Source of the DNA: Prochlorococcus sp. AG-670-M15
GTDB taxonomy: Bacteria > Cyanobacteriota > Cyanobacteriia > PCC-6307 > Cyanobiaceae
Direction of reading: 5' to 3'
DNA length: 64,000 bases
Assembly (NCBI GenBank): GCA_003211415.1
Contig: QCSV01000002.1
Coordinates: forward strand, 6,204 to 70,203
Within the stretch, counting starts at the first letter, position 1. The number at the start of each line of letters is the position of its first letter. The notes beneath the pieces were generated by a model. It saw only the letters and a program-made list of their open reading frames with translations, did not search any database and had not been told where the DNA came from. The position numbers were made by a program, and so were the translations under genes. Of this stretch, positions 63,563 through 64,000 are shown piece after piece.

Positions 63563-64000
63563 ATGAGTTTAGGAAAAATAATACACAAGCAAGATAATGA
63601 ATTATCCAAGAGAATAGATAAGCAAAAAGTTCCAGAACATGTTGCAATAATTATGGATGGAAATGGGAGATGGGCTATTAAAAAAGGTTTACCTCGCTCA
63701 TATGGGCATAAAAAAGGAGTCAAAGTTTTAAAAGAAATTCTTAAAGCATCAAAGAAATTAGGTTGTAAAGTACTTACTGTTTATGCTTTTTCTACTGAGA
63801 ATTGGACAAGACCAACAAAAGAGGTTGATTTTCTCATAAATCTTTTTACCGAAGTTTTGAGAAACGAGATTGATGAGATACATAAAGAATCAACAAAAAT
63901 AAAATTTATAGGAGATTTATCTCCTTTCCCAGAAACTTTAAAAAAAATAATCTCTAGTTCAGAATCTCAAACTAAAAACAACAATAAATTTTTATTAAAT
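63563..64000 (+). CDS. uppS: Undecaprenyl diphosphate synthase, runs off window
   Basis: Hand translation MSLGK...PEHVAIIMDGNGRWA...YAFSTENW.RP. Confidence 0.95.
   Translation, partial: MSLGKIIHKQDNELSKRIDKQKVPEHVAIIMDGNGRWAIKKGLPRSYGHKKGVKVLKEILKASKKLGCKVLTVYAFSTENWTRPTKEVDFLINLFTEVLRNEIDEIHKESTKIKFIGDLSPFPETLKKIISSSESQTKNNNKFLLN

Overview
AT-rich, gene-dense cyanobacterial chromosome segment. Gene content and order (chlI, petG, petH, crtL, opcA-zwf, sasA, trxA-Yfr1-guaB, lysA-cdaA-uppS) and compact spacers point to Prochlorococcus, probably a high-light ecotype (inference). Positions 1-6.2 kb are a Zur-type metal (zinc) uptake locus: permease, Zur, ATPase, a His-rich solute-binding protein, a COG0523 GTPase and a WD40 protein. 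This is followed by small Cys-rich ORFs, a probable unannotated transcript, and an operon (circularly permuted ATP-grasp, alpha-E, transglutaminase) behind an NtcA box. The rest is mostly core housekeeping and photosynthesis genes, plus tRNA-Glu and the sRNA Yfr1. The most notable observation is a ~115-aa domain (FEW[A/T]G...DPxM...[F/Y]T[E/Q]H) inserted in both the exported ZnuA-like protein and the neighbouring cytoplasmic COG0523 GTPase. Also notable are a 51-aa twin-CX3C ORF missing from the ORF track and an FNR with an N-terminal hydrophobic anchor. No mobile elements or CRISPR arrays were seen. All calls come from motif recognition, without database searches.
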